64,000 bases of DNA from Octopus bimaculoides. Its lineage: Eukaryota. Below, in pieces: positions 41,756 through 55,626 of the stretch. A program made the position numbers and the translations under genes. Below the pieces are notes generated by a model, which was not told the origin of the DNA, did no database searches, and was given only the letters and a program-made list of their open reading frames with translations. The stretch spans positions 81,732,233-81,796,232 of the forward strand of contig NC_068990.1 in NCBI RefSeq assembly GCF_001194135.2, given 5' to 3'. Numbering within the stretch: position 1 is the first letter of the stretch; the number at the start of each line of letters is the position of its first letter.

Positions 41756-44700
41756 TTAAGAAGGAAACGACCATTCTTTAGATAGTAAAATTATTATACT
41801 TTGGTATTAATTAGAAAGACTATAGAATTTCTCCTTAAAATAATGATGATGATGGCATTGTAGTAAGGAAACATCTGTCTTAAGTTTTTACTGTCCTGGT
41901 ATATTTTGAAGGAAATGATTTTCAGTGAGCAAATTGAAGGAATGTTGTATTTTTTCTTAGTTCATTTGTTGTACTTAACTATTTGGTAGTAGTAACCTTT
42001 TCACATTTAATTATACTTAGATGACCTGGCTGAATGGAGCTACAAATGCAAATTATGATATGAACTATACATATTAATTACATTGGGAAGCTAAAAAGAA
42101 GAGGGAAAATGAAAATATCAGACAAGGAAGTATTTGGGTCTTTTTGTCAAAAAGATATTAGGTCAGATAATTATAGGTAATTGTTGAGTTAGTGACAATC
42201 AGCAAAATACAGATATGGGTGACTTCAGCCTGGAAAGTATGACCTATTTTTCCTTTGTCGCTTTTGAAAAGATGTATTTATCTTAAAAGAAAGTGAATAT
42301 TAGGAGGCTTGGTAGTTTGTATAAAAATGTTGCAGAAAAAGCAAAGTTTGCTTTGATAAATAGACTATTTGCTTACTGAAGCAGTCATCAACTTTTTTTT
42401 ATCTTTCTTGATTATGAAAAATTTGAAAATGTTGCTTGTAATTAGCTGTTCAAGTTCCTAATTAAAACAATATATACATACTAAAGGTAGAGGAAGAACT
42501 AACAGAAAGTTTTTCAAGGCTTGAATGAGATTTAAAAAAAAATGTTTTGTGCTTATATTTTCCTGTTTTCATGGTTGAGACATTTGTATGTGAATTAGGG
42601 TAAATTAGTTTTATGGTTTGATGGATGTACCTAGTTTTAATCACAAAGAAAGAATCATTGTGCTTTGTTAAAGGTTAAACACTCGATCAACTACAAAATT
42701 CTTTCAAAGGGATTTTTATAAGGTATCAACAGAAATAAACCATCACCTGACTGAACATTCCATCTGGACCTTATGTGCCTTTCACTGAGTCTGCTTTGAG
42801 CCCTTGAAAAATAATCATTGCTAAATAATAAAAACATTCACAAAACAAATTTCCTATCAGTTTTAAATTGGAAACCACATGTTTACAACCTAAAACAGGA
42901 CAACACACCTATGATAAAGAGAACATGATATTTCTATGTAGTAACTGAATGTTCTGGAAAATAGCTGTTAAATCTTCCTCAAACCATACCATAATTTTGT
43001 TGGACAGTGTAATTCTAGTTATACAAAAAATATGGAATGGTCATAGCAGGAATGTATTTTGATCATAGATATTGATGAGCATCGGTGGATATTTAGATAT
43101 AAAATCTCTTAGTTTGAATCTTGTGAGGGACCATGTACACATCTAGAAAAGAGATACCTAATGATGGCTGCAGGTTGAACTTAGTGAAATGAATGTTAAT
43201 ATGAATATTGAGTGTGTGTGTGTGTGTGTGAACGTGCGCACGCACACACACACAGTCATTTAGAAGTCTAATCAAAGCTCATAGGTAGGTGGGTTTTCAA
43301 AGCCAATGCAGGACAGTGCAAATTGAGAGAAAATATGAGTAGCTGATGGAGAAAAGGTAGACACCGTCTATTAGTATATGAAAGAAATAATCAATAAATA
43401 GATACTGATCAGCTATTATTTAAAATATAATTATCTTTTGCAATAGACTCTTTGGCACAACATGATGCAAAGACAGCTCAATACAGAATTTGATCCTGAT
43501 CCAGCGACATCAACTTCATAACAAACAATGATTGTGTTGCTGTAGCTTATTATCTGTGACTGGTCAATTTATTAACTTAATCTTCACCATCCAAATAATA
43601 CAAAGCTCAGTGGAGAAGGTTCTACATAATAGCACAACCTACTAGAAAGAGCAGCTAAATATCACTCATATCACTCCTTGCTGTCTTAAATACATAAAGT
43701 ATACATTAAATAGTATAGGCCTTGATATTGTCTATGAAAAGATGGTATGGTCACGGTTGAAATGCCTTTGATCAAAAGTTTGTTTGTTATTGGTTTACTA
43801 ACTATAATGACATTTAATACTTTAGAACTTACTACTTCTCTTTACTTTTCAATCTGAATTTCTTAAGGCAAAAAGGAAATGTTTAATTTCTTTTTTTTAA
43901 ATGATCAAAACTGAAAGTTGAAAGGGTTTTCAAGATGCTACCCCAAAGAAGCTGTTTTCTGCAATTGTTTTTATGCTTGCAGAAACTAATTTACATTACA
44001 TTGTATTTGGTTATCATATTTTCTATTAATTAATAACTGGTTTATATAAAGTTATAGATCGGTTTTGTTAATTTGCATTTTACTTTAGTAAATGGTTTGT
44101 ACTTATGGTTCCATGCCTCACATTTCTGGGATCAGTTTTATCGTTTGTTCGTCTGTGTTGACGAAATAAATACTAGCATCACCCAGTATCCACTTATTCA
44201 ATGATTATTCATATCTCTTTTACAAATGTGAACTTCTATTTAAGGGAGAATGCTACTGAATTTTTATTTTAGTCCCTTTTTGCATTTCTTTACTTTTTAA
44301 CGTTTTAAAAGTAAGGGTGTTCATAAAATGTCTTACTTTAATATATCTCCTGAAATGGTAGAATAGTTGTAATGCTATTCAAATTATAGTCAATGTATGG
44401 AAATGAGTGATTGTTTAATGATTATTGTCAAATTGCCAAAAGAATTTCCGAGTACTTCTATTCATCATAACATTGATTTGCTATGCACTTGAAAGGAAGC
44501 TAAACGGCATTGGTGCCAAGATTATACAGTGAAAGAGAGGAAGATGGAAAGCTTCTTGCCTCTAAATTAGAAAGAAAGAAAATTCATTTTGATGATGCGA
44601 AGAGACGAGATGTAGAAAAATATTAAAATAAGGATGTTGGGAGAGAAAAATATTTGGAGACAGATGGTTTCTAGTCCATGTAATCTTGGAAGAATGCTTG

Positions 44701-45671
44701 CTAAATCAATTGATAATGGTATTTTCTATTAGATTTCAATTTATACATTTACTTCATGTTCCCTTTATATTCTCAAATCCTTTATAAAAATGTCTTTTTT
44801 AGCATTCCTTTTTAGAATAATCTCTGTTATCTGAGTTATTAAAAAAGAAAACTCAATCTACTTCTTAAAACATATTTGATTCAAATTGCAATTCCGCTGT
44901 TATTTTTATGTTAATGTCATGTGTATAAAACAAATTACACTTTGCATATTTTTTACACACAGCTTCAGATGTCTTCTGAGAGCTGATGAAATTTATAAAA
45001 GCTATTATTCAGTAGCTAACTCATGCGAATATAAACCTATTTTTGATTCTTAAATCTCATTTACATTGATCAATTTGTTTCTTTGTGAAATATTTTAAAT
45101 AAAGCTTAATGTTTAAACAAATCAATTTGAAGAAGAAATCCCATCATCTGCCATTAACTTTCTGTTTCTTTGGAGTTCTATAATTTCTTAACATGGTTCA
45201 TTCCCTTCCCCATCAAAAATATAGAAGCTAAAAAAACTGAAATTTTATACTGAATTGCTGTTGAAGTAAGTCATCTTAAGAAATAAGGAATTTTCCTATC
45301 ACCCCTGTAAGGGTTAACAACTTTTATAATTTCATAATGAAGTTGTTCCAAGTAAATGTGACATAGAGAATTTAAAGGGTTTTCTTGGCTGCAAAAGAAA
45401 TCCTGTAATGGATGTGATAGTTGTTATTGGTGTTGAATTGCTCTGGTCATCTTTGTTTAAGTAGATTTATGCAGTGATAATACCCAACTGAACTTTTGTT
45501 TGTCATTTCTGGTTGTTGCTATCCCAACTTATTCTGGACTACTAAGATTTAGAATTTTAAAGGCAGAAAGCTAGGTTTTTGGTGGAATTTCAACTGCTAT
45601 GTTCAGCAACCACATTGACTAAACTGAAACTTCTTTGCTAATTTACTTGAGTGCAGTTTGTGCCCATAAAC

Positions 45672-46200
45672 TATCAGGTTATTAAGAATGAAATGTCTGA
45701 TTTTGAACTGAAAGATTATATTACTTTATCTCAACAAAAAGTTCGCTTTTATGCTGTGATGCAAAGGACAGCAAGTTTCAAGACAACATGTCATTTGATA
45801 CTTGTACAGTTGCGGTGGTATCCACTTGTCCAGCTTCTTTATTTTGCCGATTTGTTTCAGATGGTCCAATACAGTTGGAATCGAAACATTAAACCTTACT
45901 GCTAACTCACATGTAGTTTGAGTAGTATCCACTTCCACTACAGTTTCCAACTCATGGTTATCCACCTTGGGCTCAGGTCTACCATAGGGCTGATTATCAT
46001 GAGCAAAGTCACCAGACCGGAACTTCTCAAACCATCAATGTATGTGTGCTCAATCGCCACATCTTCACCAAACACATGGGATGCATTGGTTTCATGACAG
46101 AACTAATATTCATAAACGACATGAATTTTTTATCTATCCATGGGTTCACAAAAATTGATTTACAAGAGAAAACTCACAATATAATCAGACACCATGAATT
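45672..46200 (-). mobile_element. Internally deleted mariner (Hsmar1/SETMAR-like N-terminus)
   Basis: Translation gives VFGEDVA...WFEKFRSGDF...GRPEPKVDNHELETVVEVDTTQTTCELAVRFNVSIPTVLDHLKQIGKIKKLDKWIP (HTH domains and a WVPHEL-like linker). TA plus a TIR-like tcaggtt...gaaatgtctgattt at 45672. The catalytic domain is absent. Confidence 0.85.
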
Positions 46201-46279
46201 GCTTTTTTAAAAAAAGTGATGATGTAACTCTGCAATGTTGTAAAACAAAAAATTGTCTGGATAAAACATTAGAGTTAAC

Positions 46280-46379
46280 AGTTCTGAAGAAGGCTGGAGG
46301 GTATATCAGCTGAAACGTTGTGTTAACAACAAACAAGATGAGGACAAATATCCGTCGAATGTAAATAATGTAAATAATG
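46280..46379 (+). mobile_element. Penelope-like element fragment with a minimal type-I hammerhead ribozyme motif
   Basis: CTGAAGA (46284-46290), extra A, GGCTG/loop/CAGCT stem, GAAA (46312-46315), CGTT. Ends in a (gtaaataat)2 repeat. Flanked by the 12-bp direct repeat attagagttaac (46268-46279 and 46380-46391). Confidence 0.6.
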
Positions 46380-46484
46380 ATTAGAGTTAACGACTGTCAA
46401 ACTTGGTGTATAAGAAAATCAGATGTTTCATTCTTAATCACCTGATATTTTGTTGTCCGACTTAAGTGACATATTTTATATATA

Positions 46485-46676
46485 CAGTAGTCCCTCAACT
46501 ACGGTGGGTGTTACATTCCAAAACCTCCCGCAATAGCCGAAAATCCTTGAAGTAGAAACAGTATTGTGCTGTATATTTTTTAAAATTATAAATGCAAAAC
46601 AACACCATGGATGAATCGACGTAAGCTTGAATGGTGAACCGCGATAGGTGAACCGCAATATGGCAAGGAATTACTG
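46485..46676. mobile_element. Tigger/pogo-like MITE
   Basis: Imperfect TIRs cagtagtccctc ... gcaaggaattactg, TA flanks on both sides (46483-46484, 46677-46678), 192 bp, retained CpGs. Confidence 0.75.
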
Positions 46677-48361
46677 TACTAGTTAACAAGTTAGGTTAGT
46701 GATTGATAGCAGTCAAATTATTAATCATTATAATCTTTAGTTACCTCATTCTCAAAATATTTTATTTAAAAAGTGTTATGTAGATGTTGCTTTATTGAGA
46801 CAAATTATCAGTGCATACTTAATGCTGTGTAGATATTTGGTGAATACACTCTCTTGGACAAAACTAATAGAAACAAAACAACTATCAACTTTTCATTTCT
46901 GCTGCTGAGAGGTCAAGAGACCATATGATGGTATAATAATGATAGGAAAGCTAAATGAATTTAACTGATTCTTGCTTAAAGGAACAGGTTAAATTTAAAC
47001 AGGGATTACTTAATATGTAGACATATTGAGTGTAGAATAGGATACAGTTAAGAAAATCACATTATTCATCTATTTAAAAATTTAAAAAACCAACCTGTGA
47101 TACAGGTGATTTTTATTGTAGAAAGCTGAAAGCAAACATTGAAAACCATTGTGATTTGAAATATAATGTTGGTGTGTGTGTAGGTAAGAACTGACTTAAG
47201 TTTTGTTCAGTTATCAATCATATAGATTAGAGATAAGATAATTAGAAGGTGAATATCAAGAATACTGAATCATAATATGTTGTGCTTGTCAAAATGCAGA
47301 CCTTGGATAATCGATTTTTACTCTATTGATCAGGCTTCAAATAACATTGTTATCCTTTACCACTTTGTTGTCAAATACTACAAAGGCAATTGTTCAGTTA
47401 TATGAAGTCAAAATATTAGATAGTGTTTCACTGAATTGATATGGTTTGACATTACCATTGCAATATTAACCTTTGTAACATTATTGTCAAGTATTATAGA
47501 AGCTGTGATAAATATATACATAGAGAAGACAGAACTGGGTGAAACTGATTCTAATTGTAGTACTATACACAACAAACAATAGTTATTGAAACTATGAACA
47601 GTTGCTGTGATATATACTATTTTTGGAACTGTTGCAAAGTTACTTAGCACTTTTTTGACTATATTCCCAATGCCTACATGCTTAAATTAATATTTATTAT
47701 AATCAGAATTTGGAGGAATTTGCTAAAATTATCTGTTATGTTAGATATTGCTTGTTGTTGTTTTTGCTTAGCCCTAGTTTGGTGCTGATTGAGCTATCAA
47801 AAACATTCTAACCATGACCACCCTGTCTTATCAGCAACAACAGTCTACAATGCTTCTTTCCTTCCTTCTTTTCTGTCTTTTTATTTTTTGGCTGTTATGT
47901 TGGTGTTGTTCAAATAAATTTTCATACCATTCATGCTATCATGAAATTCTCATAGAGATTTCAATTTAAATAGAATTCAGTGACCCTTTTGATACAGAGT
48001 GTCTCAAGTGAGTTGGTATTATAAAGGATACGTCAAAAGCTCTATCACACAGTGATATATTCTGCTAGCCATTACTATATGTAATGATACTTTCTCAGTA
48101 TGATGAAGATATAACTGAAGAATTTAATATTAATCTATAGATTTTTACCTCTTTGTTTAAGTTTTTTGGTTTCCAGACCTTTGTATGAAAACTACTTTGG
48201 GGATATTAATTATAAACTTAGTCTGCTGCATCTCATGAACAAATAATTAAAATTTGTAGAGATGAAATGTTAGGCATTTCTTGCAATGGTGACATTACTT
48301 AAATAGTGTACTGTCTTTATAGAAAGTATGCAACTAATGTAACTGTAGGAAGTTGATATTA

Positions 48362-49274
48362 CAAGGAGGTATCAAAAACGTTCAAGGACTAGATCTGTTT
48401 TATAAAAATTGCTTATTTACCTAAGTTTTAACATCATCTCCTTCAAAATAATTACCTTGCGCAGCAATACACTGGTCCCAGTGTTCCTGCCACTTTTGGA
48501 ATCTGGTCTGGAAGTTGTTTTCCATAAGTGAGTCGAGGACCTTGTGTGATTCATTCTGGATCTTGATACTGGTGTTAAAAAGGTGACCTTTTAGCTGAAT
48601 TTTCATCTGAGGAAAGGGGTGGAAGTCCACAAGTGCTAAATCTGGTGAATAGGGTGACTACAGAAGTGATACCATGTTTTTGGTGAGAAACTCACAAATG
48701 AGGAGGGCTCAATAACAGGCTGCGTTATTGTCGTGAAGAATCCAGTTCTTCAAACTCCACAGACCCAGTGGCTTTTGTCAAATGTCCTCCCTCAAAAGCT
48801 TCAAAACGTTGTGGTAGAACTCTTGACTGATGGTTTGGCCCTGGGGGATGAATTCTCGATGCACAATACCACATTTCTGGGGGTGATGTTTGTGGTAGGT
48901 TTTCCAGATTGCTCGTCGTTCTCCAGGGACATTCTTCTGCTTTAAAGCACCTGTGCCACTCGAAACATTGCATGTGACCCATTCCCTCATCCCTGGAAGC
49001 TTGCCAAAGCATGCTCAATGTCTCTGTAGCAGACTTCCCGAGTTTAATGTAAAATTTCACATTGGCTTTTTGTTCCTGTCCATGACAAAATCGCAGACTA
49101 CAGCATACATGTGATCACAAAAACACATATTTCACAACTTGCAAAGTAAGCACAGTGATTTCACCCAGAACACTGCCTCGTGAAGGTCACTGCTAGCTCT
49201 CATTGTGCACACAGTCTTGTACTGCTGTCTAATTCACTATAGAACTAGTCCGAGAACTTTTTGATATCACCTCA
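48362..49274 (-). mobile_element. Mariner element with both TIRs, internal deletion, frameshifted transposase
   Basis: Imperfect ~30-bp TIRs (caaggaggtatcaaaaacgttcaaggactag / ctagtccgagaactttttgatatcacctca) with TA at each end. Peptides KFYIKLGKSATETLSML...FEWHRCFK, IVHREFIPQGQTISQEFY and FQKWQEHWDQCIAAQGNYFEGD are typical mariner segments. Confidence 0.9.
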
Positions 49275-50029
49275 TACGAAGGCTTGTCTCTCTCTAATTA
49301 TTACCACTTTATTATTTTATCTTCCAATTATGTAATTATCGGAACTGAAACAAAAGTAATTTTACTAAAACAAAATGTGTAGGCTAATTGTATAAGATTG
49401 TTGGATCTGTATTAACAAAGTAAACCATATATACAGCATGCATTGGTAATGTATATAACAATTATTTGTATAACAGTTGTTACAGTTAAAGACCTCTTTT
49501 ATCTTAAACATATTATATTCAATTACAGAAAAGTGAGATATATTCAGAAACAGGTCCCCATTTTGTGTGTGATTTGGTTGAATGAAACTTGTAGTTGCTA
49601 GTCATGCCAGATATCTGTTTCACTAGTTCAGTCATGACTAATGAGGCAGTAAAGACTAAAGTTTAGATTATTTTATTTGATCAATCAGAAATAAACTAAC
49701 TAAATCTTAACACATCCACAATTGTTAGGCAGCTGTTTCTTCAGTGATGGTTTGAATGAGTTGACAATAATGCAAACAATTTTAGTATGTCGGAATGAAT
49801 ACAAGTCCCTACTACCACCAGGGAAATGATGTTCTCAGAATGCAGAAAGTAATAGAAAGTCCATATGGTATGTTCATTTTAAACAATAGACATGCAAGGT
49901 GTGTAATGAAGCTATAGGCAAACTAATAGTGAAAGTAGATTACACATATAGTGAGTGAACAGAAGGTTGAATAGCAATAGATTCTCTCAAATGCTTAGTT
50001 GTTCCCTAGTTGATACTTTCTAGATGACC

Positions 50030-51480
50030 TAACCATCAGTGCATGAGATGTAGAAGCTTAGTTGTCAGAATAGGAGTAGTTTGGTAAAAGACCAACATTT
50101 GTTTCAAAATACCTAAGTGAACTGGTCTTTCCAGCACTGTGTCACCAATCCTTATAAGGCTTAGCATCCTGAGATTAGTCTTCACCATTTCATTCCAAGT
50201 TTTCCCAAGAATCCCTCTTCAACAAGATTCATTCATTTTGAATGCTCTCCTTTGCTTTGTACAGCTTTTATATCCTCATTTATATTATATCTGTACAATA
50301 TCAGTCTTCTCTTGCACTCTTGTTTCCTCTTATGTCCAGGTTTTCTCTCATCTCATTTGTGCTCAACCATTCATATCCAGCAGATGATGCTTTTTCATCT
50401 CTTTCTAGTCTTTGAAAATCTTATGCATTCAAGGTCCATATCTTACTATTTTGTAGTATCACATTTCATACACCAACAAAATACAATCTGCCCATTGCTC
50501 AGAAGAAGAATCCCTTTATTACTTGCAGAAATAATTGCTCGTGAACTTTTTCCATCCTATTTTTACTCTAGTTTCTGCACTTTCAGAACAGCTGGTCTTA
50601 AACTCCTCTGTTATGGCTATTTTTCTACACCTAATTTCTGTAGTAACCACCAGGTTACAGAGTATAAACCATGTTGGATGCCTTCTCCTAATCAACTAAT
50701 GACAGGTACACTTAGCTAGGTATTTCTGTAGTTATCTCACCAGGAAGAGGCTCTCAAATGCATCTCTTCCTGCACAAAACTGAACTCCATCTCATCTGTT
50801 CCTTATTAATTGTTTTTTGGTAACTCCCCTGTGTCCTTATAGCAGTTGATAATGATACTGCTATACCAGTCATTGGATATGGCGCACTCCTATACTAGTT
50901 GACCAACTTGATGTGTGACTAGCTCATAACCTACATTGCCATTTTTCAGCTTTTCAGTGACTATACCTGATGCTCTAGCTACCTTTCCTCTCTTCATATC
51001 TTTATTCACTCTATCTACCATATTTCTGTTAACCTGTGGTAGTTGATCCCAGATTTAGGTTTACTTTGTGGTAAGCCCTCCTTCTGGTTTGTATTCTTTT
51101 CATTTAACAGTCTCTCATAACAGCATTTGCCAGCTGGTGATAACGGTTTTGGTAAAAGCAAGTGTATTGCTTTCATTCCAAATACACTTTTTGATGGTGT
51201 CTTCATATTCTCTAGTACACAGTCTTGCAATTCAGAACACTTATATGTCTGAAAGAATTAAATGTATGGTTTCAAGTTGTGTTTCACAGATTCTAGATCA
51301 TGATATAATCTTTTACAGTGCCCTACCGTTTACACCAATGTTGAGATTTCTCATCCTTGTCTTTCTTGAATACATTTTACCAACATTTCTACTCACATAG
51401 TTTTAGAATTTTGTGAAAGGCTTTATCCAGTTCCACAAATGCTTGGTGTAGTGATTGTAAACTCACCAGACCATTCTTTT
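50030..51480 (-). mobile_element. Highly degraded RTE-clade LINE fragment
   Basis: Minus-strand MKRGKVARASGIVTEKLK (~50950-50995) and the C-terminal GKTWNEMVKTNLRML (~50160-50210), both RTE-like. Many stops; boundaries approximate. Confidence 0.6.
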
Positions 51481-52673
51481 AGATGCTCTATACTTAATTA
51501 ATATGACCTGCCTTTTTTTTTTTCTTCCAAATCTGAAACTCTTTCCAGAGCAAAGGTTATCTTCTTTACAATGAAATATGACTACAAAATATTGTTTTCA
51601 TGCTTTTAGTCATTGGATTGTGACCACAGTGGTTTCTGCTATGATAAAGAGTAAATTGATATAATCAATTGAAATAGGCTGCTTCTTATTGTATTGGCCT
51701 GGATGGGATTTAAATTCAGAACACTATGATATAATTAAATACCATAAGGTATTTCATCCGATGCTCTCAGGATTCTGTCACTCCTTTTTTGTTTTTTTTT
51801 TGTTTTTTTTTCCCTTGTTTATGCTTACTTAAATTCTTTGATTTCAAAGATATGGTAGCCAATTTCTGTTTAGTATTTTTATATGTTTGGTTTTTAATCT
51901 ATCAAAATTGACCCCCATATCTGATTGCAGAATTTTTTTTATAAATTAAAGTAATATTTATGTGTATTAATTGAAATATATCAGAAATTCTGGATCTGTC
52001 AAATAGTATATATTTTCCTTCTTGAGTGTTTCCAACTTGAGAGATTATACACAAACAATTTATCCATAGCAACTATTTCATCTTGGTGAACGTGAATCAC
52101 TTTCGATCTCTGTAGGCCGTCATCCTACAACAGCAATTTGTATTGTTTATTCTTTATTTATACAGTTGCTTTGTTGTATCAAAGCAAAAACCCACCTCAA
52201 TTGCTGCTAATTCTAAACCACTCAGCAGCACAACCCACACTTTTCCATTCCTGCAACCCATTCAATCATACATCAACGACAATACTTGTCATGTTCTACA
52301 ACACTAGATCACAGTCAAACAATTATTAGCCTATACAAAATGGAAAAGAATTTTGTCACCTGTCTTTCTAGTCAACCCTGCTCTGTATCAATCATATTGC
52401 TTCTCTTAAAATCTTTTTCCTCATATTTTAGTTCTGCTGTAAGCAAGACTTCCTTCTATGCCAGTTTATTACAAGAATACAAGATTGCTTTCTGTTAATC
52501 TTTACCAACTCTCCTTCAATTGCTAATGCATCTGGTTTGGAATTATTAATTCCCCCTACACAAATCTCAACTCTGCCTACTCAGTACTGAAGAAAAATCA
52601 CTTTGCTGTATCTTTCTGTCCCAACCACTCTTCTTGTAGGTTTTTTTGTTCTCAGTTTTTCTTGATCTTATTA

Positions 52674-52729
<56 letters not shown>

Positions 52730-53295
52730 CCATTTATTTATATTTCCCCACAGCTCTTGTGTTTCTCTTAGTGATTTCTCTTATTAATACTACTACTACT
52801 ACTTCCAATAATAATAATAATAATAATAATGGCAACAGTCTTTCTCTTATGGTTCTATAAAATTCTCGATATTTCATTAGTGCTATGTTATTTTCTCTTA
52901 TCTTGGCAATTACATTTTTTTATAACTGTACAAAAGAAATATCAAAATCAATGCACTAGATGTTAATTAATCCAAATTATATTATTTGAATAATTGTTTC
53001 TGAAATGTTTTTCATAGTATTAGTCTTATTTTATTTTATTTCATTTTTCTTTGACTTTTCTTTAAATTCTGAATGGATAATAATTTTCATTTCCAATACC
53101 ATCTCTGAATTAGAAAAATATTTCTTTATGATTCAAGAGTATGGTATATAAACAGTTTGCATATTTTGTGTATGAAGGAAATGTTCAGATTCCACTTAAA
53201 TTCTATGGCCTTCCACTTTGAGAGTGTTATTTATTGTGGATTTTGCCTTCATTTTAACAAGATTCTTTCTTTGTCATAATCTACTTCCTTTTAGA

Positions 53296-53394
53296 AGATT
53301 TTTAACTTCACAAGAAACATTTTCAGATTTTTAACTTCACAAGAGACATTTCCTAATTTTAACTTCACAAAAAATCCTTTCCAAATTTTTAACT
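53296..53394. repeat. ~29-bp imperfect tandem repeat, about 3.4 copies
   Basis: Unit agatttttaacttcacaagaaacattttc and variants. Confidence 0.8.
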
Positions 53395-53480
53395 CTTGAT
53401 AATATTTCAAGCTGTTGTTATCAAGTCTTAAGCCATTATCAAATAATCTTATGATCAAATCCATGGTATTCTTTTTTTTT

Positions 53481-53884
53481 CTTTTATTCTTTTACTTGTT
53501 TCAGTCATTTGACTATGGCCATGCTGGAGCACCGCCTTTAGATAAAACTGATCGACCTCGGAACTTATTCTTTGCAAGCCTAGTACTTATTCTATCGGTC
53601 TCTTTTGCTGAACCGCTAAGTTACAGGGACATAAACACACCAGCATCGGTTGTCAAGCGATGGTGAGGGGACAAACACAGACGCACACACACAAATGCAT
53701 ACACACCAATACATACATACATATATATATATATATATGACAGGCTTCTTTCAGTTTCCATCTACCAAATCCACTCACAAGGCTTTAGTCCTAAGGCTAT
53801 AGTAGAAGACACTTATCTTAGGTGCCATTCAGTGGGACTGAACCCAGAACCATGTGGTTGGGAAGCAAACTTCTTACCACACCT
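53481..53884 (-). mobile_element. Family B tRNA-derived SINE, nearly full length
   Basis: Collinear with 34139-34516 and retains the B-box (gggttcagtccc on the minus strand). Confidence 0.85.
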
Positions 53885-54795
53885 GTCTAAGACCCTTATA
53901 TCCAGTGTATCCTTTTGAAAGGTAGGGTTTAATTTGATGGGGATTTAATTTCTGTTAAATGAATTTTATTTTGTGTCTTTTCTTAATTAAAAAAATGAGT
54001 TTCTTAAAACAAAAACACGTGTTATTTCCATATATTAACTGTTTTCTTGATAATTAATCTTAGCTAGATTAAAAAAAAAAAGAAAGAAAATTGTTCTATC
54101 AGTTATATATATTGAAACACACATTCATTCTCACAAAGGTTTGTGTAAAGAAAGCGTAATATGTAGTGGAGTTCATTCATTAGAAGCTGGTGGATCACTT
54201 TATTGCTAAATTTCTTAATTGAGAATTCATTTGATTGACAAAGATACCCCCCCCCCCCCTTATCAACTAAATGGATGCAAAATGCCCAGAAACTCAGAGT
54301 AAAGATGAAGTAACTCAGTTTCTTTTATATGTGTGTGTGTACATCTTTTGTAAATTTGCATAAATTATTTCTGTACACATTTCTGCAGAGATGTTTTTGT
54401 CTACAATTATATGAATGGAAGTTTGTAACTGCTATTGTTTTCAGTAAATACCAACCACTTTCTCATTCATTCAGCCCAATGACAAATCAATAAAATAGCC
54501 AATCTTTCCTCTTCTTTCTTACTTTCATCACAAATGGTAGTTTAGGTGAATCTTTTCTTCTATATCGAAACTATTTTTGGCAACTTCCAAGTTCAAATCC
54601 TGACATGGTCAGCTTTGTCGTTCATCCATTTGGTATTGATGAAATAAAGTCCTCTCAAATTTCTAGCCTTGTGTCTGTTAAGAACAACTGTTGTTCCCTT
54701 TTATTCTAATGAGCCCCGTCACAATAATATAGTTACTGGGATTTAAAGGGTGGGGAGAATATCTTGGTGGGTAATTTGACCATGATACTCATGTG

Positions 54796-54911
<116 letters not shown>

Positions 54912-55574
54912 AGAGATATTCATAATTGCTTGCTATGAGTAATTGTTTAATTATGCACTGTCAAAACCTCCCCTTACTTCTTGCAAATTTTGAAGTATTT
55001 TACAGTTTTTTTTTCACAAAATATATTTAATCAATTTATTAGCCATTGTATGTATATGAATTAATTTGGCTTTAAAACATTGTGTAATTAAATATTATAT
55101 GGATGGATGGATGTGCGTGTGTGTGTGTGAAGTAAATAAAATATACAGTCGTTAACAATTTCAATATGTTTTATGTTATTGTACACGGTATTTCTTCCTT
55201 TGATTCGTTTGTTCAATTTTATTAATCTTCATATTGCAGGGTGGATGGTGGTTTTTTTTTATTTGCTTTTGTAAAGTTGATGTTACCACTAATACTACTA
55301 TTACTATTACTTGTATCTATTGGAAACACTGTTGTGGCTATTCAGAGACAGTGAGTCATCTCTGCCACTTCATAACAGTCCAGAAAAGAATAACTCTTAC
55401 ATGAACACTGTCTCTCACTCTCTTCACTCATTCATACACTCACTCACTCACTCTCATTTTCCCTCTCTTTCTCCTCCTCTCTCTCTTAGACAAATCAGTA
55501 ATGTTTCAGTTTAAGATGAAGGGCAGTGTTCATGTTGTCATCAGTATGTGGGATTTGAGTTTTTTTAGAATTAC

Positions 55575-55626
<52 letters not shown>

